In this document: positions 29,083-41,655 of the stretch, in pieces
Layout: the number at the start of each line of letters is the position of its first letter
How positions within the stretch are numbered: position 1 is the stretch's first letter
Notes under the pieces: generated by a model
The model's database searches: none
The model's input: the letters and a program-made list of their open reading frames with translations, nothing else
What the model was told of the DNA's origin: nothing
NCBI GenBank assembly: GCA_903834835.1
Contig: CAILKO010000043.1
Coordinates: 103,787 to 167,786 of the forward strand
DNA: 64,000 nucleotides
Origin: an uncultured Pseudomonadota bacterium
GTDB taxonomy: Bacteria; Pseudomonadota; Gammaproteobacteria; Burkholderiales; SG8-39
Direction of reading: 5' to 3'
Made by a program: the position numbers and the translations under genes

Positions 29083-30897
29083 ATGTCCGAGACTGACACC
29101 GACACCCATCAAGCCACGAGCCCTGCAGTCGCAATGCCGCGGACCGACACCCGTACGCGCAACGGCGCCGAATGGCTGCTCGAGGGCTTGCTCGCCTGCG
29201 GCGTGGATACGGTCTTCGGCTACCCGGGCGGGGCGGCGCTGCCGATCTACGACGCGCTTTATGCCGAGCCCAGGCTGAGGCACATCCTCGTGCGTCATGA
29301 GCAGGCGGCGGTGCACGCGGCCGAAGGCTATGCGCGCACCACCGGCCGTCCCGGAGTGGTGCTTGTGACCTCCGGGCCGGGCGTGAGCAACACCATCACG
29401 GGACTGCTGGATGCGATCAGCGATTCCATCCCTGTGGTGTGCATCGCGGGGCAGGTCGCCGTGCCCTCGCTCGGCACCGGCGCGTTTCAGGAGAGCGATG
29501 CGCTCGGCATCTCGAGACCGGTCACGAAGTGGAACTGCCAGATCCGGGATGGCGCCGAGGTGCTTGCGATTGTCGCGAAGGCCTTCGAGATTGCGACATC
29601 CGGCCGGCCCGGTCCGGTCCTGATCGATTTTCCCAAGGATGTGCAGCTCGCACCGGCGCCTCAGCGTGCGATGGCTGCGCAGGTGCCATCGACCCGGCCG
29701 GCGCTGCCGGATGCCGGGCGTCTGCGGCAGGCGGTGGCGCTCATTCGGGGTGCATCGCGTCCGGTGTTCTATGGCGGAGGGGGGCTGATCAATTCGGGCC
29801 CCGGCGCGTGCGCGAAGTTCGCTGAGCTTGTGCGCCGCACGGGCGCGCCCTGCACGCTCACGCTGCTGGGGCTTGGCGCATTTCCCGCATCGGATCCCCA
29901 GTTCGTCGGCATGCTCGGCATGCACGGCAATCTCGAAGCCAATCTGGCAATGCACCATGCGGATCTCGTGGTGAACATCGGTGCACGCTTCGACGACCGG
30001 GTGACGGGAAAACTGTCGGATTTCTGCCCGCAGGCGAAGAAGATCCATGTCGACATCGACGCTTCCTCGATCAACAAGATCATCCAGGTGGACGTGCCCC
30101 TGGTCGGCGATTGCGAGGCCGTGCTCGATGCGCTGCTCGCTGAAATCGGTCCTGATCCGCTGCCGGCGGCGCGCCTCGCGTCGTGGTGGGAGCGCATCCG
30201 GCGCTGGCGCGCGGTGGATTGCCTCGCCTACACCCCGAAGCCGGATGCCATCGTGCCGCAGGCGCTGCTCTCGGCCGTGCAGCGTACGATCGACGGGCGC
30301 GATGCGATCGTCTCGACCGACGTGGGTCAGCACCAGATGTGGAGCGCCCAATACCTGCGTTTCGAACTGCCCTACCGCTGGCTGACCTCCGGCGGCGCCG
30401 GAACCATGGGCTATGGACTGCCGGCGGCGATCGGTGCGCAGATCGCGCATCCGGAGCGTCTCGTGGTCTGCGTGAGCGGCGATGCGTCGGTTCTGATGTG
30501 CATCCAGGAGCTCTCCACCGCGATCCAGCACAAGGCGCGGGTCAAGCTGGTGCTCTGCAACAACGGTTACATGGGCATGGTGCGCCAGTGGCAGGAACTC
30601 ATCCATGGCAACCGGATCAGCCACAGCTATACCGAGGCGCTGCCGGATTTCGTCGCGCTCGCGCGCGCCTTCGGCTGGGGCGCGCGATCTGTCGTCGACC
30701 CTTCCGAGCTCGACGCCGCGCTCGCCGAGTGCATCGCGTACGACGGGCCGTTCTTTCTGGATGTCAAGGTGACCGCGACCGAGAACTGTTTCCCCATGAT
30801 GCCGGCCGGCAAGGGGCATCACGAGGTGATGCTCGCGCCGGATCGCTACTACAGAGAGGACGACAACTTCAGGGAGGGCAACCCAGCGGACAGTTGA
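29083..30897 (+). CDS. Acetolactate synthase large (catalytic) subunit-like ThDP enzyme
   Basis: [14 protein letters not shown]...[17 protein letters not shown]...[15 protein letters not shown]...[14 protein letters not shown]...[13 protein letters not shown]...GDASVLM... is collinear with IlvB/IlvI. No small-subunit gene follows. Confidence 0.8.
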   Translation: MSETDTDTHQATSPAVAMPRTDTRTRNGAEWLLEGLLACGVDTVFGYPGGAALPIYDALYAEPRLRHILVRHEQAAVHAAEGYARTTGRPGVVLVTSGPGVSNTITGLLDAISDSIPVVCIAGQVAVPSLGTGAFQESDALGISRPVTKWNCQIRDGAEVLAIVAKAFEIATSGRPGPVLIDFPKDVQLAPAPQRAMAAQVPSTRPALPDAGRLRQAVALIRGASRPVFYGGGGLINSGPGACAKFAELVRRTGAPCTLTLLGLGAFPASDPQFVGMLGMHGNLEANLAMHHADLVVNIGARFDDRVTGKLSDFCPQAKKIHVDIDASSINKIIQVDVPLVGDCEAVLDALLAEIGPDPLPAARLASWWERIRRWRAVDCLAYTPKPDAIVPQALLSAVQRTIDGRDAIVSTDVGQHQMWSAQYLRFELPYRWLTSGGAGTMGYGLPAAIGAQIAHPERLVVCVSGDASVLMCIQELSTAIQHKARVKLVLCNNGYMGMVRQWQELIHGNRISHSYTEALPDFVALARAFGWGARSVVDPSELDAALAECIAYDGPFFLDVKVTATENCFPMMPAGKGHHEVMLAPDRYYREDDNFREGNPADS

Positions 30898-30902
30898 ACT
30901 GA

Positions 30903-32318
<1,416 letters not shown>

Positions 32319-32320
32319 TC

Positions 32321-33334
32321 ATGGCCGCGATGAACATGGTGCAGGCACTCAATTCGGCGATGGATGTGATGCTCGGGCGCGATCCCGACGTGCTGATCTT
32401 CGGCGAGGACGTGGGCTATTTCGGTGGCGTGTTTCGCGTGACCGACGGCCTGCAGAAAAAATACGGACGCGAGCGCGTGTTCGATACGCCGATTACCGAG
32501 GGCGGCATCGTCGCGCTCGCGGTCGGCATGGGGGCCTACGGACTGCGGCCGATCGTCGAGATCCAGTTCGCCGACTATATCTATCCCGCCATGGACCAGC
32601 TGATCTCCGAGGCCGCACGCCTGCGCTATCGATCGGGCGCGGAGTGGTTCGCGCCGATGACGGTGCGCGCGCCCTGCGGTGGCGGCATCTTCGGCGGCCA
32701 GACGCACAGCCAGAGCCCGGAGGCGCTGTTTACGCACGTGAGCGGGCTGAAGACCGTGATTCCGTCCAATCCCTACGATGCCAAAGGCCTGCTGATCAGC
32801 GCGATCGAGGACGACGACCCGGTCGTATTTCTGGAGCCCAAGCGTCTGTACAACGGACCCTTCGGCGGTCGACCCGACCAGCCGGCAAAATCCTGGGCGG
32901 GGCACCCGGACGCTGAGGTTCCGCTCGAGCACTACCGTGTCCCGCTCGGCAAGGCGAACATCGTGCGCGCGGGACAGGCGGCGACCGTGCTCGCCTACGG
33001 GACCATGGTGCATGTGGCGCTCGCTGCGGTCGCCGAATGCGGCATCGACGCGGAGGTGATCGATCTGCGCACGCTTTCTCCGGTCGATGTCGAAACGATT
33101 GCAGCGTCGGTCGACAAAACCGGCCGCTGCGTCATCGTCCATGAGGCGACGCGTTTCTCCGGCTACGGCGGGGAGCTTTGCGCGCTGGTGCAGGAGCACT
33201 GTTTCTACCGGCTGGAGGCGCCGATCGAGCGCGTTGCGGGTTGGGACACACCCTACCCCCATGCCTTCGAGTGGCAGTACTTTCCCGGCCCCGACCGGGT
33301 CGTGCAAGCCTTGCGACGCGTCGTGGAGGCCTGA
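32321..33334 (+). CDS. bkdA2: Branched-chain 2-oxoacid dehydrogenase E1 beta subunit
   Basis: MNMVQALNSAMDVML...IFGEDVGYFGGVFRVTDGLQKKYG...FDTPITEGGI...QFADYIYPA... Confidence 0.9.
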   Translation: MAAMNMVQALNSAMDVMLGRDPDVLIFGEDVGYFGGVFRVTDGLQKKYGRERVFDTPITEGGIVALAVGMGAYGLRPIVEIQFADYIYPAMDQLISEAARLRYRSGAEWFAPMTVRAPCGGGIFGGQTHSQSPEALFTHVSGLKTVIPSNPYDAKGLLISAIEDDDPVVFLEPKRLYNGPFGGRPDQPAKSWAGHPDAEVPLEHYRVPLGKANIVRAGQAATVLAYGTMVHVALAAVAECGIDAEVIDLRTLSPVDVETIAASVDKTGRCVIVHEATRFSGYGGELCALVQEHCFYRLEAPIERVAGWDTPYPHAFEWQYFPGPDRVVQALRRVVEA

Positions 33335-33337
33335 GCC

Positions 33338-34564
33338 ATGCGACATGTGTTCCGTCTGCCGGATGTGGGTGAGGGGACGACCGAAGCCGAGATCGTGAAA
33401 TGGCATGTCGCGCCGGGTACCGTGGTGCGGGAAGACGATCCGCTGGTCGATGTGGCGACGGACAAGGCGGTCGTCGAGATCCCGTCGCCTGTTTCGGGTA
33501 CCGTGGTGACGCTGGGCGCGGCGCCGGGCGATTCGCTGCCTGTCGGGGCTGAGCTTGCGGTGATCGAGTCCGGCGTCGCGGCTGACGCGCCGGCTGGCTC
33601 GAGCGACTCAGCCGCGCTGTTCGATGTTGCGCAGCCTGCTTCCACGCAGGCCTTACAGAGTGTTCCGCCCGTTGTGGCCGTGCCCGTGGCCGCGACGGAA
33701 CCGGCGCATGGGGCGGGTCGCGTCTTCGCCTCGCCGTCGGTGCGACGTCACGCGCGCGAGCTGGGTATCGACATCGGAACGATCGCGGGCAGCGGTCCCG
33801 GAGGGCGCATCGTGCATGCGGACCTCACGACGCCTGGAAAGGCGATTGCCGCGCCGGCTGCCGACACGGGCGAAATCGAGACCGTGCGCATACTCGGCGT
33901 GCGTCGCAAAATCGCCCAGCACCTGGAGGAGTCCGCGCGCCGGATCCCGCATTTCGCCTATGTCGAGGAAATCGACATGACGGAACTCGAGTCCCTGCGC
34001 CGTCATTTGAACGAGCGCCATCCAGACCGTCCGCGGCTTACGCTGCTGCCCTTCCTGATCCGGGCGATGACGCGCGCGCTGGTTTCGCATCGCGACTTGA
34101 ACGCCCGCTTCGACGACGAGGCAGGGACGCTTGTGCGCTACCGTGCTGTGCACGTCGGCATCGCCACCCAGACCCCGAACGGGCTCATGGTGCCGGTGCT
34201 GCGCGATGCCGGACAGCTCGATCTATGGGCCTGCGCCGCGGGCATTGCAAGCCTTGCTGCAGCCGCGCGCGAGGGCCGGGCTACGCGCGACATGCTGAGC
34301 GGCTCGACGATTACCGTGACGAGCCTCGGCGCGCTGGGCGGTATCGCGACGACGCCTCTTATCAACCACCCGGAGACGGCCATCATCGGCGTGAACCGGC
34401 TGGAGCCTCGTCCGGTGGTGCGCGACGGCGCAATCGTGGTCCGGACGATGATGAATCTGTCGTCGTCCTTTGATCACCGGATCGTGGACGGCTGGCACGC
34501 GGCGGAGTTCATCGGTGCAATCCGCTCGCAACTCGAGCACCCGGCGACGCTGTACATCGATTGA
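33338..34564 (+). CDS. bkdB: Dihydrolipoamide acyltransferase E2 component
   Basis: It has a lipoyl domain (PDVGEGTTEAEIVKWHV...VATDKAVVEIPSP), a subunit-binding domain (ASPSVRRHARELGIDI) and a catalytic domain (SSSFDHRIVDG). Confidence 0.9.
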   Translation: MRHVFRLPDVGEGTTEAEIVKWHVAPGTVVREDDPLVDVATDKAVVEIPSPVSGTVVTLGAAPGDSLPVGAELAVIESGVAADAPAGSSDSAALFDVAQPASTQALQSVPPVVAVPVAATEPAHGAGRVFASPSVRRHARELGIDIGTIAGSGPGGRIVHADLTTPGKAIAAPAADTGEIETVRILGVRRKIAQHLEESARRIPHFAYVEEIDMTELESLRRHLNERHPDRPRLTLLPFLIRAMTRALVSHRDLNARFDDEAGTLVRYRAVHVGIATQTPNGLMVPVLRDAGQLDLWACAAGIASLAAAAREGRATRDMLSGSTITVTSLGALGGIATTPLINHPETAIIGVNRLEPRPVVRDGAIVVRTMMNLSSSFDHRIVDGWHAAEFIGAIRSQLEHPATLYID

Positions 34565-34609
34565 GCGCGTGCGCGACGCGGTGAAGGGAGCCTGGCGGGC
34601 CTGGACTAT

Positions 34610-34639
34610 ATAAATAGTAACAAATATGTTACTAACTGT
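34610..34639. repeat. AT-rich 30-bp palindrome, copy c (ATAAATAGTAAC AAATAT GTTACTAACTGT)
   Basis: It lies 45 nt after the bkdB stop and 46 nt after the stop of the convergent thioredoxin-like gene. The core 7+7 is perfect and the outer arm is degenerate. Confidence 0.8.
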
Positions 34640-34685
34640 TCCGTCGCAGCCCGCCATGTTCCTCGGGCGGCCCGGTGGCTGCGTC

Positions 34686-35087
34686 TCAGCTGGCGAGCAG
34701 CAGGCTGCGCAGGTTCCTGTCCGTCTGCCACTGCCTGCGCTCCGGTGTCGCTAACGCATGTGCCCGGGCCTCGTCGGGTGTCTGTGCGAACAGTTCGTTC
34801 AGCAGGCGCTCGGCCTGTGCGATATACGGGGGCAGGGTGCCATAGAACAGCACCAGTTCGCCGCGCTGGACGAGGAGGGTCGGAAAGTTCTCGACCTCGA
34901 AATCGTCCACCCGCTCGGCCTCGTCCTCGACGTCCACCCATGCGAATGCCGCGCGCGGAAAGGCAGCGGCAAGCGCATTGAAGGGGGCCTGGTACTGGCG
35001 GCAGGTGTCGCACCAGTCCGCGCAGAGGCACGCCACGAGAAATTCCTTCTCGCGCAGGACTTGCGGGCTGGGCAGGGGTCCGGACAT
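34686..35087 (-). CDS. Thioredoxin-family protein
   Basis: ...FLVACLCADWCDTCRQYQAPF... carries a WCxxC motif in a thioredoxin-fold context. 133 aa. Confidence 0.7.
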   Translation of the reverse strand: MSGPLPSPQVLREKEFLVACLCADWCDTCRQYQAPFNALAAAFPRAAFAWVDVEDEAERVDDFEVENFPTLLVQRGELVLFYGTLPPYIAQAERLLNELFAQTPDEARAHALATPERRQWQTDRNLRSLLLAS

Positions 35088-35176
35088 GGGATGCGGAATC
35101 TATCGCCAATTCCGGGCTTGCGCCAGCGTTATGCGGTCGGCCCGACGGTGGCATCGGCTAGAATGCAAGCCGACAA

Positions 35177-35920
35177 ATGCGCATCCTGGTATCGAACGAC
35201 GACGGCTATTTTTCCCCGGGCATCAGCGCGTTGGCCGAGCGCCTGCGGCCGCTCGGCGAAGTCACGGTCGTCGCGCCCGAACGCGATCGCTCCGGTGCCT
35301 CCAATTCTCTGACGCTCGACCGCCCGCTCTACCTGCGCAAGGCGCCCAGTGGATTCTTCTATGTGAACGGCACGCCCACCGACTGCGTGCATCTGGCTGT
35401 CACCGGCATGCTCGAGCATCTGCCCGACGTGGTGGTCTCGGGGATCAACCACGGCGCCAACATGGGCGACGACACGATCTATTCGGGAACGGTGGCGGCC
35501 GCGACGGAGGGCTATCTTCTCGGGATTCCGTCCATTGCGGTGTCGCTGACCGGCAAACCCGGCACCCACCTCGCGACGGCTGCAGCGGTGGCCGCGCGTC
35601 TGGTCGAGCGGATCGTGCGCGAGCGGCCCGCGCAGCCGGTGCTCCTCAACGTGAACGTGCCCGATCTTCCGGAGGCTGAAATTCGCGGCATGGATGTCAC
35701 CCGGCTCGGTAAGCGCCATCGCGCCGAGCCGGTGATCAAGGTGCAGACACCGCGCGGCGAACCCGCTTACTGGGTCGGCGCGGCGGGCAGCGAACAGGAC
35801 GCGGGGCCGGGCACGGACTTTCACGCGATCGCGGCGGGTCGCGTGTCGGTGACACCCCTGCAGATCGATCTCACTCACCATGCGCAGACCGGGCTCGTGC
35901 GTGCCTGGCTTGGAAAGTAG
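35177..35920 (+). CDS. surE: 5'/3'-nucleotidase SurE
   Basis: [21 protein letters not shown]...[22 protein letters not shown]... Confidence 0.95.
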   Translation: MRILVSNDDGYFSPGISALAERLRPLGEVTVVAPERDRSGASNSLTLDRPLYLRKAPSGFFYVNGTPTDCVHLAVTGMLEHLPDVVVSGINHGANMGDDTIYSGTVAAATEGYLLGIPSIAVSLTGKPGTHLATAAAVAARLVERIVRERPAQPVLLNVNVPDLPEAEIRGMDVTRLGKRHRAEPVIKVQTPRGEPAYWVGAAGSEQDAGPGTDFHAIAAGRVSVTPLQIDLTHHAQTGLVRAWLGK

Positions 35921-35927
35921 CCGGGCG

Positions 35928-36626
35928 ATGAGCGCAGCGCACGGTCCAAGGCAGCTCGCCGGTATCGGCATGACTTCCCAGCGCACGCGCGCGCGCATGG
36001 TAGAGCGTCTGCGCGAGCAGGGCATACGCGATGAACGGCTGCTCGGCGCCATGGGCGCCGTGCCGCGCCATATCTTTGTCGAGGAAGCGCTCGCCAGCCG
36101 AGCCTACGAGGACACCGCGTTGCCTATCGGCTTCGGTCAGACGATTTCGCAGCCTTATGTCGTTGCGCGCATGATCGAGGCGCTTGGTGTCACGGATACC
36201 GGTGCAAGGCCGCTCGGGAAGGTGCTCGAAGTGGGAACCGGCTGCGGCTACCAGGCGGCTCTCCTTGCGCAACTCGCACCGGATGTGTACTCCGTCGAGC
36301 GGCTGCGCGCCCTGAGCGATCGCGCTCGTGCCAACCTGCGCGGCTTGCGCATCTCGAATCTCAGGCTGGTGCACGGCGATGGCTATGCAGGGCTGAAGGA
36401 AGCGGCACCCTTCGATTCGATCATCGTCGCCGCGGCGGCACGGGCGATACCGGATGCGCTGGTGGAACAGCTCGCGAACGGCGGCAGGATGGTGCTGCCG
36501 CTGCACATGCCCGGGGCCGCGCGCGAGGAGCAGCGCCTCATGCTCTTCGAGCGCAACGGGCGCACCGTTCTGCAGACCGAACTGGACTCGGTGCGGTTCG
36601 TGCCGCTGACCGCGGGCAAGGGATGA
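35928..36626 (+). CDS. pcm: Protein-L-isoaspartate O-methyltransferase
   Basis: ...VPRHIFV...[24 protein letters not shown]...[13 protein letters not shown].... The start is the ATG at 35928. Confidence 0.9.
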   Translation: MSAAHGPRQLAGIGMTSQRTRARMVERLREQGIRDERLLGAMGAVPRHIFVEEALASRAYEDTALPIGFGQTISQPYVVARMIEALGVTDTGARPLGKVLEVGTGCGYQAALLAQLAPDVYSVERLRALSDRARANLRGLRISNLRLVHGDGYAGLKEAAPFDSIIVAAAARAIPDALVEQLANGGRMVLPLHMPGAAREEQRLMLFERNGRTVLQTELDSVRFVPLTAGKG

Positions 36627-37636
36627 ATATGACGAGACTTCCTGCAGCGGGTGTCATCGTTGGGTTACTCGCGCTTGCGGGCTGTGCCAGCAGACCGGTT
36701 TCCGCGCCGGTGACGGACCGCACGCCGCCGGCTCAGGCAGCGCAGCGCACGCCACAGGAGCCGGTGGCTGCCGGCAGCTATGTGGTGAAGAAGGGCGATA
36801 CGCTTTATGCGATCGCGCTTGAGCACGGACTCGACTACCGCGAGCTCGCGCAGTGGAACAGACTGGACGACCCCTCGCGTATACGCGAAGGGCAGGCCCT
36901 GCGTCTTGGCGATCCGCGGGCGGCGGCTGGAACTGGAAAATCTTCAGGGCAGCAGCAGGAGCCCGTCGTCTCGGTGGGTGCCGTGAATCGCCCCGCGAAC
37001 GTCGAGTCGCGACCGCTGGATGCCGGCCGGGAGAGCGGGGCGGCGGGCGGTGCCGCAGGACGCGGCGTTGCGGCGGGCGGCATCCCCACCAAGACTGAAC
37101 CGAAGGCACAGCGCCTGCCCTATACGAAAGAAAATCTGGCGCTGCTCGCGCGCGAAGAGCAGGTGCCGCCCCCGGCCGCGACCAAAGCGCCCCCGCAGAC
37201 GGCGCCAGCGCCTGCCGCCCAGCAGGCGACCCGTGTCGAGCCGCGCCCCGAATCCAGACCTGAAGGCGAGGCGGTGAGTTTCTCCTGGCCGGCCCGGGGC
37301 AAGGTGATTGCCGGATTCTCGGAGCCAGGCAACAAAGGGGTAGATATCGACGGCAAGCCGGGCGATCCGGTGCTGGCCGCCGCTCCCGGCAGGGTCATGT
37401 ACACCGGGACGGGCATCCGTGGCTACGGGAAGCTGATCGTCATCAAGCACGATGACGGCTACAACAGCGTCTACGCGCACAACCGGGAAATTCTGGTGAA
37501 GGAAGGGCAGCCCGTGACCCGGGGCGAGCGCATCGCGGAACTCGGTGATACCGATGCGGAGCGGCCGAAGCTGCACTTCGAGATCCGCAAGTCCGGCAAG
37601 CCGGTCGATCCCGCGAAGTTTCTCGAAGCGCGCTAG
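36623..37636 (+). CDS. nlpD: LysM/M23 peptidase lipoprotein NlpD
   Basis: It has a lipobox LLALAGC, LysM ([29 protein letters not shown]), a P/A-rich linker, and M23 ([22 protein letters not shown]...KLHFEIR). Confidence 0.9.
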   Translation: MNMTRLPAAGVIVGLLALAGCASRPVSAPVTDRTPPAQAAQRTPQEPVAAGSYVVKKGDTLYAIALEHGLDYRELAQWNRLDDPSRIREGQALRLGDPRAAAGTGKSSGQQQEPVVSVGAVNRPANVESRPLDAGRESGAAGGAAGRGVAAGGIPTKTEPKAQRLPYTKENLALLAREEQVPPPAATKAPPQTAPAPAAQQATRVEPRPESRPEGEAVSFSWPARGKVIAGFSEPGNKGVDIDGKPGDPVLAAAPGRVMYTGTGIRGYGKLIVIKHDDGYNSVYAHNREILVKEGQPVTRGERIAELGDTDAERPKLHFEIRKSGKPVDPAKFLEAR

Positions 37637-37645
37637 GCGGCGCAG

Positions 37646-38659
37646 TCAGAAGGGCGCGCGCTCGCGCAGCGCTGCGGCGAAGTCCGCCACCGCAGAAGCA
37701 TAGAGCGCGCTGCGGTTGTAGCGCGTCAGTACCCAGAAATTGTGAAAGCCGATCCGGAATTCGCTCGCCCGGGTTGGTGTATCGAGTTCGATCAGCACGC
37801 CGAGCATGTCGTCCGGAATCGCGGGCGCGCCATCCGACGCACGCACGCCCGCCGCGCGCAGCGCGTCCATCCTGATTTTCGGAAGCACCGCGCCGTCGAT
37901 CAGGCCACGGTAGGCGTCTCCCTCCAGCACTGCCGTGCTCATCACGGGTGCGCCCGATTTCCAGCCGTGCCTGGCGAGGAAATTCGCGACGCTGCCTATC
38001 GCGTCGGCACTGCTCGCGCGCAGGTCGATGCTGCCGTCGCCATCGTAGTCGACCGCGAACCGGAGGTAGCTTCCGGGCATGAATTGCGGCATGCCGATCG
38101 CGCCGGCGTAAGACCCCAGCACGGAGAACACGTTCAGATCGGCGCCGCGGGCGTAAATCAGATAGTTCTCCAGTTCGCCCCGGAAATACGCGGCGCGCTC
38201 CGGATAGTCGAAGCTCAATGTCGTGAGCGCGTCGATGACCCGCCAGCGTCCCATATTGCGTCCGTAGAAGGTTTCCACGCCGATGATCGCGGCGATAACT
38301 TCTTCAGGTATGCCGTACTCCATGCGCGCGCGCGCGAGCAGCACGCGGTTTGCGCGTACGAATTCGACGCCCGCGTCGAGGCGTCGGGCGTTCAGAAAAT
38401 TCGCGCGGTAGCGCTCCCAGGAGCGTGCCGCCTCGCGCGGGCGTATCGCGTCGAGCGCCGCGGGGAGCGGGCGCGCGCGGAGGAACACCTCCGACAGTTC
38501 TTCGGCCCGGAAGCCGTGCTTCGCCACCATCTCGGCGATGAATGCGCGCACATCCTCGCGCTCTGCGTAGCCGGCGCGCGCCGCGGCGGGGAGGGCCGGC
38601 AGGGCAGTCGTCAGGAAGACGACCGAAAGGAGCACGCGAAGAAGGGGGGCGAGTCTCAT
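37646..38659 (-). CDS. mltB: Lytic murein transglycosylase B family
   Basis: ...IIGVETFYGRNMG...SYAGAIGMPQFMPGSY...DYDGDGSIDL.... The internal ATG at 38659 (MRLAPLLRVLL..., signal peptide) is the start, with AGGA 6 nt upstream. Confidence 0.85.
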   Translation of the reverse strand: MRLAPLLRVLLSVVFLTTALPALPAAARAGYAEREDVRAFIAEMVAKHGFRAEELSEVFLRARPLPAALDAIRPREAARSWERYRANFLNARRLDAGVEFVRANRVLLARARMEYGIPEEVIAAIIGVETFYGRNMGRWRVIDALTTLSFDYPERAAYFRGELENYLIYARGADLNVFSVLGSYAGAIGMPQFMPGSYLRFAVDYDGDGSIDLRASSADAIGSVANFLARHGWKSGAPVMSTAVLEGDAYRGLIDGAVLPKIRMDALRAAGVRASDGAPAIPDDMLGVLIELDTPTRASEFRIGFHNFWVLTRYNRSALYASAVADFAAALRERAPF

Positions 38660-38669
38660 CGGGACGTCC

Positions 38670-40706
38670 TCACTGGAGCCGAAATTCGCGCACGAGGCGG
38701 CGCAGTTCGGCAACTTGCTCCGGTTTTGGGTCGCGCCCATAGCGAAGCTGGATGTAGAGCGCTGCAATCCGGGAGACTGCACCTGCCTGGCCGGGCAGGC
38801 TCGCGGATACGCGGGCCGAGTAGTCGAGCGGCCCTTCGTTGTCCTGCCGCGCGACGCCACGTGTTGCGAGCTTCATGCAGAACGCATCCCAGGCGCGTTT
38901 GACCGGGTCGGGCAGGACCATGCGGCGCACGGCCCAGGCAAGGAGTCCGAGCGTAAGCAGTCCGAGCAGGGTGAAGAGGGCGGCGGTCAGGGTGCGCCAG
39001 TCGGCGTCCTTCATGCCAACGAAGGCGAGCAGATCGCGCTGACGGTCCGGATTGTAGCCGAGCACCCAGAGATTCCACTTGTGAGAAACCGCTTCCCACT
39101 CGTAGCGCAGGCTGCGCAGCCACTCGAGCTGGGGTCGCATGAGGTAAGGGACCGGATCGGTATTCGGCACGGAGCGCGCGAGCCCCTGTTCCACGCGGCC
39201 GGGCACCGCGAGCGCAGTGGGATCGACGCGTACCCAGCCACGGCCTGCGATATGGACTTCGGACCAGGCATGCGCGTCCGACTGGCGGACGGTGATGATG
39301 CGGTCCACAGGATTCGGCTCGCCACCCTGGTAGCCAGTCACCACGCGCGCAGGGATGCCTGCGGCGCGCATCAGGAACGTGAAGGCAGAGGAGAAGTGCT
39401 CGCAGAATCCCGCCTTCGTCGTGAACAGAAATTCGTCGACGGTGTCACGGCCCAGCAGCGGCGGTTCAAGCGTGTACGTCAGACGCTGTCCGCGCATGAA
39501 TTCGATCGCACGGGCAAGCACGGCGGAGTCGTCCCGCAGATCGCGACGCCAGCCTTCCGCGAGTTCGATGGCTTTCGGATTGACGCTGCGCGGCAGTCGC
39601 AGCGCGCGGGCGAGCGAACTCTCCCGCGCGTCCGGCATCGCGATACCCGAGGCGACCGATGAAAGGTCATAGCGTATCCGTGCGCGCACCGTATTGCGAG
39701 CGAGCAACTGACCGTCGAGCGTCATTCGGGCGCCGGCCGGCGCACTGACGGGTGTTTCGAGTGCGAACATCCAGTTCCGGTTGTGGGCTTCCAGGACTAC
39801 TGAGTAGTCGAAACGCGGTCCCGGCGCCGGATTGTCGATCCGCTCCGCAATTTCGGGAAAGCCCATGTTCCAGGTGCGGCCGTCAAAATCCCAGAGCACC
39901 GGACCGCGCCAGTAGCGCAGGCGCTGGGGCGGTGGGTCGCCCTGAAATTCCGCGCGAAAAGCAATGGAATCGGACAACGCGACCTGTGCGAGATTGCCCG
40001 GCGCCATGCTCTCCGACAGGCCCGTCACACCACTCAGACTGTCCTGAGGCACGCCCCAGAGCGGCCCTTGTACGCGCGGAAAAAGCAGGAACAGCACGAG
40101 CGCTGCGGGCGCCGCGTGTGCGAACAGCAGACCGGCGGTGCGCAGGTTGTCGCGCAAGGCGCGGTGAGGCGCGTTGAATCCGACCAGTGTCGCGGTGATG
40201 GCGAGCACGGCCAGGCACATCAGGAGCGCCGTGGGTATGGTCTGTGTGTAAAGAAAGTTCGTGATCACGAGGAAGTAGCACAGAAAGGCAATGACCGAGG
40301 CGTCTCGGTGGGTACGCGATTCGAGCAACTTCAGGCCTGCAAACAGCATCAGCAGAATGATGCCGGGTGAACGACCGAACAGCGTGCGGAACTCGAGCCA
40401 GACCCCAAACATGCCAAGCGCGGTGATCGCAAGCAGCATCCAGCGAGAGGGGAGCCCGGCACCGTTCATGGCGATACGTAGCCGCCACGCAAAAAGCAGC
40501 GCCGTCAGCACGCCCAGCCACCAGGGGGCACGCAGCGCGTGAGGAGCCGTTACGAGCACAAGCGACACCAGAAGCCCGACGATGTCGGCAAGCGAAATCG
40601 GGCGCTGTTCGGGAATCAGCGGGTGACCTAAGGCGCGCAAGGGATCACCGCTCCGCCGAGGGCTGTTAGGGTCATGTCGCTGCCAGCGGGCGACCATGCA
40701 TGGCAA
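38670..40706 (-). CDS. tgpA: TgpA-type transglutaminase (DUF3488 membrane domain plus transglutaminase core)
   Basis: A multi-TM N-terminal half is followed by ...KAGFCEHFSSAFTFLMRAAGIPARVVTGYQGG...SDAHAWSEVHIAGRGWVRVDPT (Cys-His-Asp core). The exact start is uncertain because the ORF start overlaps the DUF58 3' end by 35 nt. Confidence 0.85.
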   Translation of the reverse strand: MPCMVARWQRHDPNSPRRSGDPLRALGHPLIPEQRPISLADIVGLLVSLVLVTAPHALRAPWWLGVLTALLFAWRLRIAMNGAGLPSRWMLLAITALGMFGVWLEFRTLFGRSPGIILLMLFAGLKLLESRTHRDASVIAFLCYFLVITNFLYTQTIPTALLMCLAVLAITATLVGFNAPHRALRDNLRTAGLLFAHAAPAALVLFLLFPRVQGPLWGVPQDSLSGVTGLSESMAPGNLAQVALSDSIAFRAEFQGDPPPQRLRYWRGPVLWDFDGRTWNMGFPEIAERIDNPAPGPRFDYSVVLEAHNRNWMFALETPVSAPAGARMTLDGQLLARNTVRARIRYDLSSVASGIAMPDARESSLARALRLPRSVNPKAIELAEGWRRDLRDDSAVLARAIEFMRGQRLTYTLEPPLLGRDTVDEFLFTTKAGFCEHFSSAFTFLMRAAGIPARVVTGYQGGEPNPVDRIITVRQSDAHAWSEVHIAGRGWVRVDPTALAVPGRVEQGLARSVPNTDPVPYLMRPQLEWLRSLRYEWEAVSHKWNLWVLGYNPDRQRDLLAFVGMKDADWRTLTAALFTLLGLLTLGLLAWAVRRMVLPDPVKRAWDAFCMKLATRGVARQDNEGPLDYSARVSASLPGQAGAVSRIAALYIQLRYGRDPKPEQVAELRRLVREFRLQ

Positions 40707-41655
40707 GCGCCTCCAGACAGGCCGCGCGGTGCGTATCGCCGCTGCCGGGCGCGATCTCCCTGCCGGGCAGGCGCAGGCCGTAGTGCAGGCCTGCCTGTTC
40801 TGCGGCGAGAACCCAGCCTGTCAGCCGGGAGAGACGCTGCTCAACGCTGTCTGACCCTGGAACCCGCGACCACTCCAGCCACAGACGCGCAGCGGAATCC
40901 CCGGTGAATTGTTTCGTGTACATCTCGCCGCTGCGCGCCAGGGTTTTCCATGCCACATGGCGAGGCGAATCGCTCGGCTGATGGCTGCGCAGTCCGGCGT
41001 AGTCGTCATTCCCGGGAGCAAGGGTCTGGAACTGCCCATCGGATGCGCTGCCCGAGGAGGGCGGCAGCGGCAGAAATTCAGGTCGGGGATACACGAGGCA
41101 CTGCGAATCCGGCTCGACATAGCTCCAGGCGCGGAACAGCCCGAGCGGGAAGCGGGTTTCGAGCATCACCCGCCCGAGCGGCAACAGGCCGCGAGTGTCG
41201 ACAGGAATCGCAAGCGGCACTTCGGTCAGGTTGCCTGCGGGAACAAGTATGACGAGTTGTGCGCCGGATTCCACGTGCCGCACCAGGATCGAGTGGCGAT
41301 CGAAGCGTACGCCGCTCTCGAGGTACAGCCGGAATCGCGCTGACTCACCGACAAATACGGGATCCGACCGTCCGGTGCTTACTGTCAGGCGTGCGAGATT
41401 TCGGAAGGTGTGCACCATGCAGGCAAGACCCATTCCGGCCAGCATGAAGGTGAGGGCGAAACCAAGGGAGAGCGCAAAGTTGATCGACCCGATCAGCATG
41501 ACAAGCAGGCTCGTCGCGTAGATCCATCCCAGTCGCGATGGAACAATGTAGACGCGCCGGTGGCCCAGATGAATGACACCGCGCTCGGGCGGCTTGAAGC
41601 CGTAGAACCAGTCTGCGATGCGCGCAGGCAGGGGCTGTGTCCGGCCGGCGGTCAT
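40672..41655 (-). CDS. DUF58 domain protein
   Basis: It has two N-terminal TM helices, then ...FPLGLFRAWSY... and ...DDYAGLRSHQPSDSPRHVAWKTLARSGEMYTKQF... (DUF58 signature). This is the usual partner of TgpA. Confidence 0.8.
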   Translation of the reverse strand: MTAGRTQPLPARIADWFYGFKPPERGVIHLGHRRVYIVPSRLGWIYATSLLVMLIGSINFALSLGFALTFMLAGMGLACMVHTFRNLARLTVSTGRSDPVFVGESARFRLYLESGVRFDRHSILVRHVESGAQLVILVPAGNLTEVPLAIPVDTRGLLPLGRVMLETRFPLGLFRAWSYVEPDSQCLVYPRPEFLPLPPSSGSASDGQFQTLAPGNDDYAGLRSHQPSDSPRHVAWKTLARSGEMYTKQFTGDSAARLWLEWSRVPGSDSVEQRLSRLTGWVLAAEQAGLHYGLRLPGREIAPGSGDTHRAACLEALAMHGRPLAAT